A stretch of 64,000 nucleotides of DNA from IMG/VR virus record IMGVR_UViG_3300045988_147571; one strand, given 5' to 3'. This DNA is from a virus. Shown here piece by piece: positions 20,778 through 30,074 of this stretch (position 1 is the first letter of the stretch; each line of letters starts with the position of its first letter). The notes beneath the pieces were generated by a model that worked only from the letters and a program-made list of their open reading frames with translations, had not been told where the DNA came from and ran no database searches. A program made the translations under genes and the position numbers.

Positions 20778-21281
20778 TCACCAAGTATATCCACAAGAGT
20801 TACACTTAAAGCTCTTGTTAATCTTCTTACTGAATAATCCCAATATTCCTACTGATACCATACGTTCTCCTGTAGAGATTTTACGAATATTGGTGGAACC
20901 ACATGTTGGACACTTAGGCCCAGTAGAGAATTTCTGAGCATTCTGTTTGGCATACCACTGGTCTGTTATCCTGTTTTGCTCTTCTATTCCTTCAGGAGAT
21001 TCACTATATTTTCTTTTTTTAACGGCAGAGTAATCTACTTCATTGTCTAACTTTCCATAAAAATATTTTTGCCTAAATATCTCAGATGATTCCAAATGAC
21101 TAGGACAATGACCATCATGAGTTTTCTCATATTCTTTTGATAGCTCCATATATGCTGTAGACCAATCAATGCCAGTACCTATATAAGTTCCAGTTTCACA
21201 GGTATAACATTTATCTCCTATTTTATAAGAAGAAGATGTACTAGTCTTTCCACATTTATTACAAAATAATAATTCTTCCAT
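20778..21281 (-). CDS. double zinc-ribbon protein
   Basis: N-terminal CNKC..x14..CYTC and C-terminal CPTC..x28..CNSC. 167 aa. First gene of the antisense cassette. Confidence 0.6.
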   Translation of the reverse strand: MEELLFCNKCGKTSTSSSYKIGDKCYTCETGTYIGTGIDWSTAYMELSKEYEKTHDGHCPSHLESSEIFRQKYFYGKLDNEVDYSAVKKRKYSESPEGIEEQNRITDQWYAKQNAQKFSTGPKCPTCGSTNIRKISTGERMVSVGILGLFSKKINKSFKCNSCGYTW

Positions 21282-21322
21282 ATTGTTCCTTTTTATTATA
21301 TATAGTAATTAAGATTAGCTAT

Positions 21323-21331
21323 ATTATATCA
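21323..21331 (-). promoter_or_regulatory. extended -10 promoter element (TGATATAAT) for the antisense cassette
   Basis: The reverse complement of 21323-21331 reads TGATATAAT. It lies about 40 nt upstream of the zinc-ribbon ATG and 10-18 nt inside the intron 3' end. The -35 region would fall in tape measure exon 2. Confidence 0.45.
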
Positions 21332-21340
21332 CACAGTTTG

Positions 21341-24300
21341 GTTTTCGCCAAGAATGAAGATGGAGAAATTTTACCGCAATCACGAAGAGCTCAACGTAAT
21401 GCTGCTATAGCGAAAGGTTATGTAGAAGCCAATAAAAATTGGCAAGCATATTCAGATGATTTAGAAGTTCTTAAAGAGCTTAACAAGCAACTTGATAATA
21501 ATGGTCAGGCCATTACAGACAACGAGCAACGTATGGCCAAAGCAAATGAAGTAACGAAGAATGCTAGTCAAAGAGCTAAAGATTATGGTAAACAAATGGC
21601 CACTAATGCTAAGACTCTCACTGATTTTAAAAGAGAAAATGAGGTAGAGAAACCTGATCAACAGAAACAAGGGAAATGGTCCGATGGTCTAAAAAGTATG
21701 GCATCTGCAGGTCTCTCAATGATTGGCAATGCTTTTATTTCCGCTGGTGTTGGAATGCTTGTGCAAGGAGCTTTCTCATTGCTTGGTAAAGGCATTGACG
21801 CTTTCGTTCATAAAAATGAGAACTTAATTGCTAAAGGTCAAGAAGCAAAAGAATCCATTCAATCCCAAACTAAAGCCTATGAAGACCAGAAAGCATCTCT
21901 TGGAGAACTTACTTCCAAATACACAGAATTATCTAAAGGCGTAAAAATATCTGGTAATTCTATTAAAAATATTAGTCTTACAGATGATGAATATAAGGAT
22001 TTCTTAAATACAAGTAATCAGATTGCTGCCGCAGCACCTAGTCTCACACGTTCATGGGACTCCCAGGGTAATGCCATTCTTAATGCTGGGACTAATGCTG
22101 AGGATTTAAACACTCAGATTAATGATTACTTGAAGTTACAGAGGAACCTTACTTACTATGATACTAAGAAAAATATTAGTAATCAGTATGAGGGATATGA
22201 AACTGCTTTAGGTACTAACGAGCGTCAAAAAAATGATTACAAAGATAAATATGATGCAGCAAAATTTAAAGTTAATTCTATGCAGAATTTTTCGAATATG
22301 CTTAAAAAGCAAAAAAAAGGAGAAGATACCTTTAGCTACACATTGGATCAAGCTGCATATGATGCACTCGGCAATACCTTTGGAAAAGCAATAAAAAACT
22401 ATACACAATCTGCTGATGGTCAAACAATAACTTTGGAATTTGATGGCAAACAATTAGATTTTCTTAACAACGAAGCAGCCAACATATTAAGTTCTGATAG
22501 TAGTGAACTTCAAGAAGCTCATACCAATTTAGTTAATACACAAGAATCTATAGATGCAGCAAAAAGAGAAATGGTTTCTTCTATCAAGTCAATGGCAAGC
22601 ACTATTGATTCTTTTGATAGCTGGGACGATCAAGATAAAGCATCAGAATTTCAATCACAGTTGAATAGTATGCTTAATTCTACGGACAATACCAGATTGC
22701 TTAATGATTTTAAAGAATCCGGTAAAGATATGGACACATGGCTTCGCAATAACATTGTGAACCCTATGTCAACTGCAAATTCAGATGAACAAAAACTTTG
22801 GGAACAAGCATTTGAAATGGAGCCTAAAGATAAAGAAACAGTTCAAGAATTTGCCGCTCGTAGAAATAATCTTTTCGATCAGATTGCTGCTATTTCTGAC
22901 AGTGATTTTTGGGATAGAGATACACTTGGAGAAGCTTTTGGCTTTAACCATACAGAATATGATGATAATGGAAAAGCTGAATTTGTATGGGAAAATCAAG
23001 ATAAGTTAAATCGAATACAAGACGCATTGAAAAATGCAAAAGCCAGTAAAACAAAAGGCGATGCTTCTGATGTAAGAACAGATCTTAATAATATGACCCC
23101 TGATGAGTTGGACATAGCTGTACAAGTTATTACTGACTCAGATGCTTTAACTTCTATAGATTCTTTTTATGAGGCATTCGAAAAGGCTAAACAAGCAGCT
23201 AAAAATATGAGTGATCAGGCAGCCGTTTCTTTAGATTCAATGGAAACTAAAGTATCAACTGCTAAGTCTACTCTTTCTTCTATGGGAACTATTCTTACAG
23301 AGACTACTTCTGCAGGCGGAGTTTCTAAAGACAATGTTAAGATTCTTTCTACTGCTTTCAAAAATGTGAAAGACCCTCGTGGCATTGAGCAAAATGTTAA
23401 TGATTTATTCACCACTACTTCTGATGGTATCAAACTAAACATAGATGCTTTGAAAACCTTTACGGAATATCAGACTGAAGCCACTGATGGAGATTTCGAA
23501 AAGGGTATTAAGTTACAGACTAAAGCTATTGCCGAGCAAGCAGAAGAAACAGATAAAGCTTGGAAAGCTATTGCTAAAGCCGATGACAAGGAAGCAGCTA
23601 GAGCAACTTATAACGCAGAAAAAGATAAATTAAAAGATGCTAGAAACGAATATTTATCTTATATGCAATCTCAGTCTGAATGGCAAGCAACTAAGAAACA
23701 GCAACAGGAACTTCTTTCTTATTATTCTCAGTGGCAACGTGCCCAGAGTACGGAGAATGCCGGAGATAAATATAATAACATTGTTGCCGGACTAAAAAAT
23801 GCTAAAGATGCATATGATAAAGGTCTTGTAGGTACAGATGATTTTAAATCATTTGCTGCTCTTATTTCTCCTACAGGTTCAGATGATAGAGCAAACTTTG
23901 CAGAGAATTATGGTAAAGCTGTAAGATACCTCACAGAAGATAAGACAGGTGTTAATAATTTCTTAGCTGATCTTAAATCTAAGGGTATGGCATCTTATGA
24001 TGATGCAAGTAAAAGATGGTCATTTGACATAGATGATATGAGTAAAGCCGCTCGATCAATGGGAATCAGCAAAGAATTCATGAGTGCTAACTTCGGTCGT
24101 CTTCGTGATTATGGCATTGATAATAATTTTATATCATCTACAGAAGAAGGTATAGATAGGGTTCAGGAACTTACTTCTGCTCTTTCAGACGAACAAAAAC
24201 GACTTGAAGAATTAAAGAATACGGATAGCACCAATACTACTGCTATTACTGCTTCTGAGGACAAAGTTAATAAATATAAACAGGATTTAAAAGAAACCTA

Positions 24301-27300
24301 TGATAATATGGGTGACTACTCTGAAGATGCTGCACAGACTGCTGTTGATAATTTTAATTCGGCAGCAATGGGTGTACAATCATATCAGAATGCAATAGAA
24401 AATGTTAAAAAGAATGAGAATCTGACAGAAGCTCAAAGAACTTCTGCAATTAATCAATTAATAGCTAAACAGGAAGAATTAGCTGCCACTTACGGTACTA
24501 CTGTTAAAGAATTATTAGGAGCAGATGTATCTTCATTAATGGATGGCATTATAACAGATTCTGCTTCTGTTACTACTGCTCTTGATGGTATCAATAAAGC
24601 ATATGAAGAACAGAACACAGATGTTACTTCTTTAGTTGACACTCTTGGAAAATATACTTCTGAACAGTTAGAAGGTATAGATTTCAATGATGGTAAGTGG
24701 GATACTGAATTAGGCGATGCTGAAAAAGCTGTTGAGTCTTTATGTGAGAAGCTTGGTTTAACAAAAGACCAAGCTCGTTCTGTTATTGAGGCTTTAAAAG
24801 AAGCTGGTAAATTAAAAGATTCTGAGGAAAGTAGTGATTCCTCTAAAGAAACTACTAAGGGGTCTTGGGAGAAACCACAGACTGCTGAACAGATGGGATT
24901 CGGTGATGATCCTGACAGAGCTGCTGAATATACACATTCATTGGAAGCTCTTACTGCTGCCCATAAAGAAAATGATGCCGCTACTGAAAAGTCATTTGAA
25001 ACCCTTTCTAAATATAATCGTACACAATTAGAGGGTATCAAATTAAATGATGGTGCTTATAATGTTGAGGGTATAGAACAGGCTGAAGATGCCATACAAC
25101 AGTTAGCAGATAAGACTCAGTTGTCTAAAGATCAGATTCTTACTGCTCTTGAAGGTCTTGGTGTTTTGAAAGTTAATGCTCCTACTATGGATGCGACAAA
25201 AGGTTTGGAAGATTTAGTTTCTGAGGCTAAAGATGCACAGGACGAATTGTCTGATCTTACTGGTAAAACATACACATTTGATTTTGATACTACTGATTTA
25301 GATACTGCTCATAAACAGGTAGCTGACCTGCAGGAAGAAGTAAATAAATATAGAGATCGTGATGGTAAATACCATCCAGAGATTACTGGCGGAGAACAGG
25401 TGCAATCAATGTACAAAGCCGCTATTGCTCAAGAACAGAATGCTGAATATAGTTCTTCTGCTATTGGACAGTCTAGTTTATCATCAGATGTCGTACAAGC
25501 TGCTCAAGATTTTATGACAGCTAAGAATGAAATGGATCAGCAAACTCAACTTTATCAAAATGGAATGGATAATACTCTTGATAAAGCTACAGAGAAAGCT
25601 AACGCCGCATTTGAATCTTTACAACAAGCTCAAACTGATTCGGGTATTGAACTTGTAGATACTAATAATATTCAAAAAGCTGAAAATCAGTTACTTTCTA
25701 TGACTGATAAAGATTTACAGGCTAAAATAGATGTTCAAGCAGATACAAGCGATGCCGAAGCAGAATTAGATGTCCTAGAAGAATTGGACGGATCTACACT
25801 TAAGCTTACTTGCGAATTATCGGATGAAGATAGTTTTGAACGAGCTAAATCTGCTATTGAATCTATGCCAGCTAACACCGTTACAACCGTAGATATGGAA
25901 GTTAATGGTGAAGAGGATGTAGAGAAAGCAACAGAGCTTATTGAATCGGCACCTACTGATGGTACTGAGCTAGTTGTTAACTGTCATGTTGATAATGCTG
26001 AAGACTTAGATAAAATAAATGAAGCTGCTGCAACTGCCAAAGCAAACGGAGCAAATATTAAAATAAACGCTACTGTTGGTGAAGTGGATGCTTCAACTGC
26101 TACGAGTACAGAACCTGTTAAAATGACAGGTGAAATAGAAAGTGCAGAATATACTGGCGCTCCAGTTGAAATAGAAGCTACAGCAAATATTACTAATGTG
26201 ACTAATGGTGATTCCGCAGAAGTTAATCCTACAATAAATACGGATGAAGTGGATAACTATACTGTCGATGACAAAGAAGTAAATGTTGATTTTAAAAAGA
26301 ATTCAGATGAAGTTGATAATTATCAACCGGACGATAAAGATGCAACTGCCTATTATGGAGTAGATTCTTCAGCACCAGATAGTTATCAGCCGAGTGATAA
26401 AGATGCATATATCACGTATCATATACGTGTTGAAGGAGGAATAGCTGCTGGCATTCCAAATAGTCCTTCTGGAGGATCTGGTGGTTCTTTTGCTACAGGT
26501 ACAATGGCATCAGTTGCTCGTGCAGATGGTACAATGTACAATGCACCTTGGAACTATCAACTTCTCTCTTCTGCTTTTGCAAAAGGAGATGCTGCTTTAC
26601 ATAAAGACGAAAAAGCGTTAGTAAACGAAGTCGGGACCGAATCTATTGTGCGTGACGGTACTTGGTTTACGATTCCTGGCGGAGCACATCTTGAGAATCT
26701 TAAAAAAGGAGATATTATTTTCTCTGCTCAACAGACTAAAGATTTACTTGAACATGGCGCAACACCGGGACATGCTAGAACTTATGCACAAGGCACAGCC
26801 CCAGGATTAAGTATCTCTCCTGCTTTCTCATCTGGTTCTAGTTCTTCTACTAACACAGAATTAGATAACAAAATCAAAGAAGTTAGTACTCAGGCAAAAG
26901 ACTGGATAGACGTAGCTCTTGATCGTTTAGAGAGAATCGTTGAAAAATACAAAGACACTGCTGAAAGTGACTATTCCAACTATAGAGCTTCTATTAAGGC
27001 TTACAATTCAGCACTTAAAAATCTTAAAAACCAATTAAAGACTCAAAAAGATTCCAGAGCAAAGTATGTAACTAAAGCAGACGAAGTCGCTTCTGCTGTC
27101 GGATTGTCTGACGATTTAAAAAAGAAGGTTCAAAATGGTACTATCAATATAGAGAACCTGTCAGAAGATGATAAAAAACGTGTTGATGCATATCAGGAAT
27201 GGTATGAAAAAATCTTAGACTGTGACAAAGCTATACGTCAGCTCACTATTTCGCAGAAAGATTTAGCTAAAGCTAAAGTTGATCGGGTTACTGAAGCTTA

Positions 27301-30013
27301 TGACACTGTTATAGGCAAACGTGAAAGTAAAGCTGAATATTACAAAGCAAAACAGGAATTAAGAATCACTCAAGGTTACAATCAGAAACCTGGATCTATT
27401 TATGAGAAGTATATAAAAAATGAACTTTCTTATACTAATAAACAGAAGAAACTTACTGATAAGGAAATAAAAACCTATAAAGGTAAGATGAAAGAATATC
27501 TTGCAGAAAATGGTCATAAAACTGTTGATCCTGAATATCAGAAAATGAAGAAACAGCTTTATGATCTGGAAACCTCAGCTGTTAAATTAGAGAATGAAGC
27601 CGCACAGTTAAGACAGGCTCTACAAGATAATCGTGAACAGATTAAACAATGGGCGGTTGACCGTTGGGAAAGAGCTGGTAGTAAACAAGATGCAGTAATT
27701 AATTATAAGACTGTTTCTGATGATCCAAACTATCAGATCAAGGAAAAGGATTACACTGAGAGAATCAAAACAAATAATCGTCAGATTATAGCTTTACAGA
27801 AGTTGAGAGCAGAAAAAGCTGAGTACTATGACAGTTATTTTAAGAGCGGAAACAACGAAGAAGCTCAGAAATATCTTGAAGCTATTGCTCAGATTGACGA
27901 ACAGATTCTAAAACTTGGAGCTAGTACAGAAGAGTTAAAGAATCAAATCATGGAACTTCGTTGGAAGCCATTTGAAGATATTCAAGATGACCTTTCTAAT
28001 GTAATCAGTGAGTATCAAACCATGCAGAAGCTTCTTGGTGATACAGAAAGTTTCTACAATGACGATGGATCTTTCACTGAAAATGGTTTGACAAATATCC
28101 TTCTTTTACAGGAATCTATTGATGTTACTAAGCAGAAAATAGCTAACTATAGAGAAGCTTTAGACAAACTAGATGAACAGTATAAGAATGGTTGTTATAG
28201 TCAGGAAGAATATACTGAGAAATCTAAAGAGCTATTAAACGGATTACAGCAAGAGTCTGCTGCCCTCTCTGATTTGCAACAGAATATGCTTACAATGTAT
28301 GAGACTCAGGTTAAAACTGAGAATGATCTCTTACAGAAAAATATTGATAAGCGTTTGGAAGCTCTTGATGCTAAAGAGAAGTATTATGAGTATGATAAGA
28401 CTTTGAAAAAGAAGTCTAAAGATATTAATACTCTGAAGGCACAGATAGCAGCCCTTGAAGGAACAAGCAATGCTGCTGCCAAAGCCCGTTTAGAAAAATT
28501 AAAGGCTGAATTAGCAGAATCTGAAGAGGATATGCAAGATACTGTTCATAATCATGAAACTGAAATGAAGAAAACAGGTTTTGAGAATCTTCAATCAGAT
28601 GCTGAGAAAGCTCTTGATAATACCTTAGATGCACTGAAAAAGAATACCAATTTTCAGCAAGCAGTTATTGGTAATATGTTATCCAATGTAACTGCTAATT
28701 ATGATAGTACCTATAGTCATCTGCATGATGTTATGGATCAATATGGAGTACAGGTGTCTACTACATTTGATAAGATGATTACTAAGTCTGCTAATTTTAA
28801 TACGTCCTTAGTAGCACAGACTAAAGCTATGCAAGATGTTATTAATATGGCTACTAAACTTCCTGCCAATCTTGGCGGGACTGCTACTGACATTGTAAAT
28901 AATACTGCTAAAGTTAATGGTACTTCAACCGGAGCCGGTAATGTAACGCCGGGAAAAGTAAATGATACGACTTACTCTCTGAAGTTAAATGCATCAGAAA
29001 TTTATCTAACATACAGTCATTTGAAATATTCATTGAAAGCTACATGGTCTCCAAGTAAACCGGAACACTCTGATATTGAATGGTCGAGTACAGATAAATC
29101 AGTTGCAAAGGTCTCAACTTCTGGTGTTGTTACAGGTGTAGCTGCGCCACTTAGTAAACTTGGATTAATGTCAAGAGATGAATCTTTGACTAGAAAATGT
29201 AAGATTATTGCAAATGGTGGTCCGGGTCTTGCAAAAGCTGAGTGTACGGTACATATTATGCCAGATGAACATTATAATGCCATTAAGCAATATGCTGATA
29301 AAGTTGGCATCGATACTTCTAAAGAAGGCAATAATCTTAGAGATGCTATGGAATACGCTTATAAAAATGGTGCATTCCGAAGCAATCAGTCAAGTACCGC
29401 TGTTGAAGGATTCCAGAAAGCTTATCTAAAAGACTGGTTTAATGCTCTTCCAGACCGTCCTAACGGTGCAACGGATGTTCCTAGTGGAGTTAGTCAGCTA
29501 GCTGGATATTTCTATTCCAAAGGTAAACAAGTCACACGTAATGATATGCAGAAACTTGCTGATATCCTTCAGATTAAAACTCCGGGAGTTGGAAGTTATG
29601 ATACCTGGGGTGGCACACTTAAAAATAAGATTCTGAAAGCATACAAAGCTTATGGTTATGCTACTGGTGGCGTAATCAATAGACTTGTTCCTGCCAATAT
29701 GGAAACACTCTTAGGTAAAGCAATCATCTCCAATGGAGATCAAGGTTTTATTGGCGCTAAAGTTGGAGAAACCGTAATGACTGAAGAGTTCACTCGTTTG
29801 CTCAAACCTTCTATTGCTGCAATGAGCGACTTTACCAATATGTTTAACCCAACTACTCCTATTGCTACCACAAATAATGATTATTCTATCAACAATGAGG
29901 TAAACATTAATGTAGCAAGTATGAGCAGTGATTTAGACATCCAAGATGTCGCCAATAAAGTCTCTACAATTATTAATAAGAATATGACTAGAGACTGGAG
30001 AAAACTTAGATGA
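21341..30013 (+). CDS. tail tape measure protein, exon 2
   Basis: 2890 codons of mostly coiled-coil, Ala/Lys/Glu/Gln-rich sequence. An internal tape-measure C-terminus-like motif is present (ALVNEVGTESIV..IPGGAHL). A Big_2-like Ig domain lies near the C-terminus (..KATWSPSKPEHSDIEWSSTDKSVAKVSTSGVVTGV..). No RBS precedes the ORF-track TTG start at 21338. Confidence 0.8.
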   Translation, partial: VFAKNEDGEILPQSRRAQRNAAIAKGYVEANKNWQAYSDDLEVLKELNKQLDNNGQAITDNEQRMAKANEVTKNASQRAKDYGKQMATNAKTLTDFKRENEVEKPDQQKQGKWSDGLKSMASAGLSMIGNAFISAGVGMLVQGAFSLLGKGIDAFVHKNENLIAKGQEAKESIQSQTKAYEDQKASLGELTSKYTELSKGVKISGNSIKNISLTDDEYKDFLNTSNQIAAAAPSLTRSWDSQGNAILNAGTNAEDLNTQINDYLKLQRNLTYYDTKKNISNQYEGYETALGTNERQKNDYKDKYDAAKFKVNSMQNFSNMLKKQKKGEDTFSYTLDQAAYDALGNTFGKAIKNYTQSADGQTITLEFDGKQLDFLNNEAANILSSDSSELQEAHTNLVNTQESIDAAKREMVSSIKSMASTIDSFDSWDDQDKASEFQSQLNSMLNSTDNTRLLNDFKESGKDMDTWLRNNIVNPMSTANSDEQKLWEQAFEMEPKDKETVQEFAARRNNLFDQIAAISDSDFWDRDTLGEAFGFNHTEYDDNGKAEFVWENQDKLNRIQDALKNAKASKTKGDASDVRTDLNNMTPDELDIAVQVITDSDALTSIDSFYEAFEKAKQAAKNMSDQAAVSLDSMETKVSTAKSTLSSMGTILTETTSAGGVSKDNVKILSTAFKNVKDPRGIEQNVNDLFTTTSDGIKLNIDALKTFTEYQTEATDGDFEKGIKLQTKAIAEQAEETDKAWKAIAKADDKEAARATYNAEKDKLKDARNEYLSYMQSQSEWQATKKQQQELLSYYSQWQRAQSTENAGDKYNNIVAGLKNAKDAYDKGLVGTDDFKSFAALISPTGSDDRANFAENYGKAVRYLTEDKTGVNNFLADLKSKGMASYDDASKRWSFDIDDMSKAARSMGISKEFMSANFGRLRDYGIDNNFISSTEEGIDRVQELTSALSDEQKRLEELKNTDSTNTTAITASEDKVNKYKQDLKETYDNMGDYSEDAAQTAVDNFNSAAMGVQSYQNAIENVKKNENLTEAQRTSAINQLIAKQEELAATYGTTVKELLGADVSSLMDGIITDSASVTTALDGINKAYEEQNTDVTSLVDTLGKYTSEQLEGIDFNDGKWDTELGDAEKAVESLCEKLGLTKDQARSVIEALKEAGKLKDSEESSDSSKETTKGSWEKPQTAEQMGFGDDPDRAAEYTHSLEALTAAHKENDAATEKSFETLSKYNRTQLEGIKLNDGAYNVEGIEQAEDAIQQLADKTQLSKDQILTALEGLGVLKVNAPTMDATKGLEDLVSEAKDAQDELSDLTGKTYTFDFDTTDLDTAHKQVADLQEEVNKYRDRDGKYHPEITGGEQVQSMYKAAIAQEQNAEYSSSAIGQSSLSSDVVQAAQDFMTAKNEMDQQTQLYQNGMDNTLDKATEKANAAFESLQQAQTDSGIELVDTNNIQKAENQLLSMTDKDLQAKIDVQADTSDAEAELDVLEELDGSTLKLTCELSDEDSFERAKSAIESMPANTVTTVDMEVNGEEDVEKATELIESAPTDGTELVVNCHVDNAEDLDKINEAAATAKANGANIKINATVGEVDASTATSTEPVKMTGEIESAEYTGAPVEIEATANITNVTNGDSAEVNPTINTDEVDNYTVDDKEVNVDFKKNSDEVDNYQPDDKDATAYYGVDSSAPDSYQPSDKDAYITYHIRVEGGIAAGIPNSPSGGSGGSFATGTMASVARADGTMYNAPWNYQLLSSAFAKGDAALHKDEKALVNEVGTESIVRDGTWFTIPGGAHLENLKKGDIIFSAQQTKDLLEHGATPGHARTYAQGTAPGLSISPAFSSGSSSSTNTELDNKIKEVSTQAKDWIDVALDRLERIVEKYKDTAESDYSNYRASIKAYNSALKNLKNQLKTQKDSRAKYVTKADEVASAVGLSDDLKKKVQNGTINIENLSEDDKKRVDAYQEWYEKILDCDKAIRQLTISQKDLAKAKVDRVTEAYDTVIGKRESKAEYYKAKQELRITQGYNQKPGSIYEKYIKNELSYTNKQKKLTDKEIKTYKGKMKEYLAENGHKTVDPEYQKMKKQLYDLETSAVKLENEAAQLRQALQDNREQIKQWAVDRWERAGSKQDAVINYKTVSDDPNYQIKEKDYTERIKTNNRQIIALQKLRAEKAEYYDSYFKSGNNEEAQKYLEAIAQIDEQILKLGASTEELKNQIMELRWKPFEDIQDDLSNVISEYQTMQKLLGDTESFYNDDGSFTENGLTNILLLQESIDVTKQKIANYREALDKLDEQYKNGCYSQEEYTEKSKELLNGLQQESAALSDLQQNMLTMYETQVKTENDLLQKNIDKRLEALDAKEKYYEYDKTLKKKSKDINTLKAQIAALEGTSNAAAKARLEKLKAELAESEEDMQDTVHNHETEMKKTGFENLQSDAEKALDNTLDALKKNTNFQQAVIGNMLSNVTANYDSTYSHLHDVMDQYGVQVSTTFDKMITKSANFNTSLVAQTKAMQDVINMATKLPANLGGTATDIVNNTAKVNGTSTGAGNVTPGKVNDTTYSLKLNASEIYLTYSHLKYSLKATWSPSKPEHSDIEWSSTDKSVAKVSTSGVVTGVAAPLSKLGLMSRDESLTRKCKIIANGGPGLAKAECTVHIMPDEHYNAIKQYADKVGIDTSKEGNNLRDAMEYAYKNGAFRSNQSSTAVEGFQKAYLKDWFNALPDRPNGATDVPSGVSQLAGYFYSKGKQVTRNDMQKLADILQIKTPGVGSYDTWGGTLKNKILKAYKAYGYATGGVINRLVPANMETLLGKAIISNGDQGFIGAKVGETVMTEEFTRLLKPSIAAMSDFTNMFNPTTPIATTNNDYSINNEVNINVASMSSDLDIQDVANKVSTIINKNMTRDWRKLR

Positions 30014-30014
30014 T

Positions 30015-30040
30015 AAAAGGACTGTTCCGACAGTCCTTTT
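30015..30040 (+). terminator. intrinsic terminator after the tape measure gene
   Basis: 10-bp stem AAAAGGACTG/CAGTCCTTTT with a 6-nt loop. Confidence 0.55.
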
Positions 30041-30074
30041 ATTGTACAAAAATATAAATGAAAGAGGTGAATAA

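Larger units (their letters stand above)
19614..21340 (+). mobile_element. group I intron (1727 nt) in the tape measure gene, with no sense-strand endonuclease ORF
   Basis: Core elements: P-like CATTCAGGGTGAA (19758-19770), Q AATCTGCAGC (19838-19847), R GTTCATCGACTATA (19876-19889), S AAGGAATAGTCA (19915-19926). The IGS GAAAACGCCCC (19640-19650) is complementary to the ligated exons GGGGT|GTTTTC, with a U.G pair at the splice site. G21340 serves as omega-G. Splicing keeps the frame. Confidence 0.75.
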
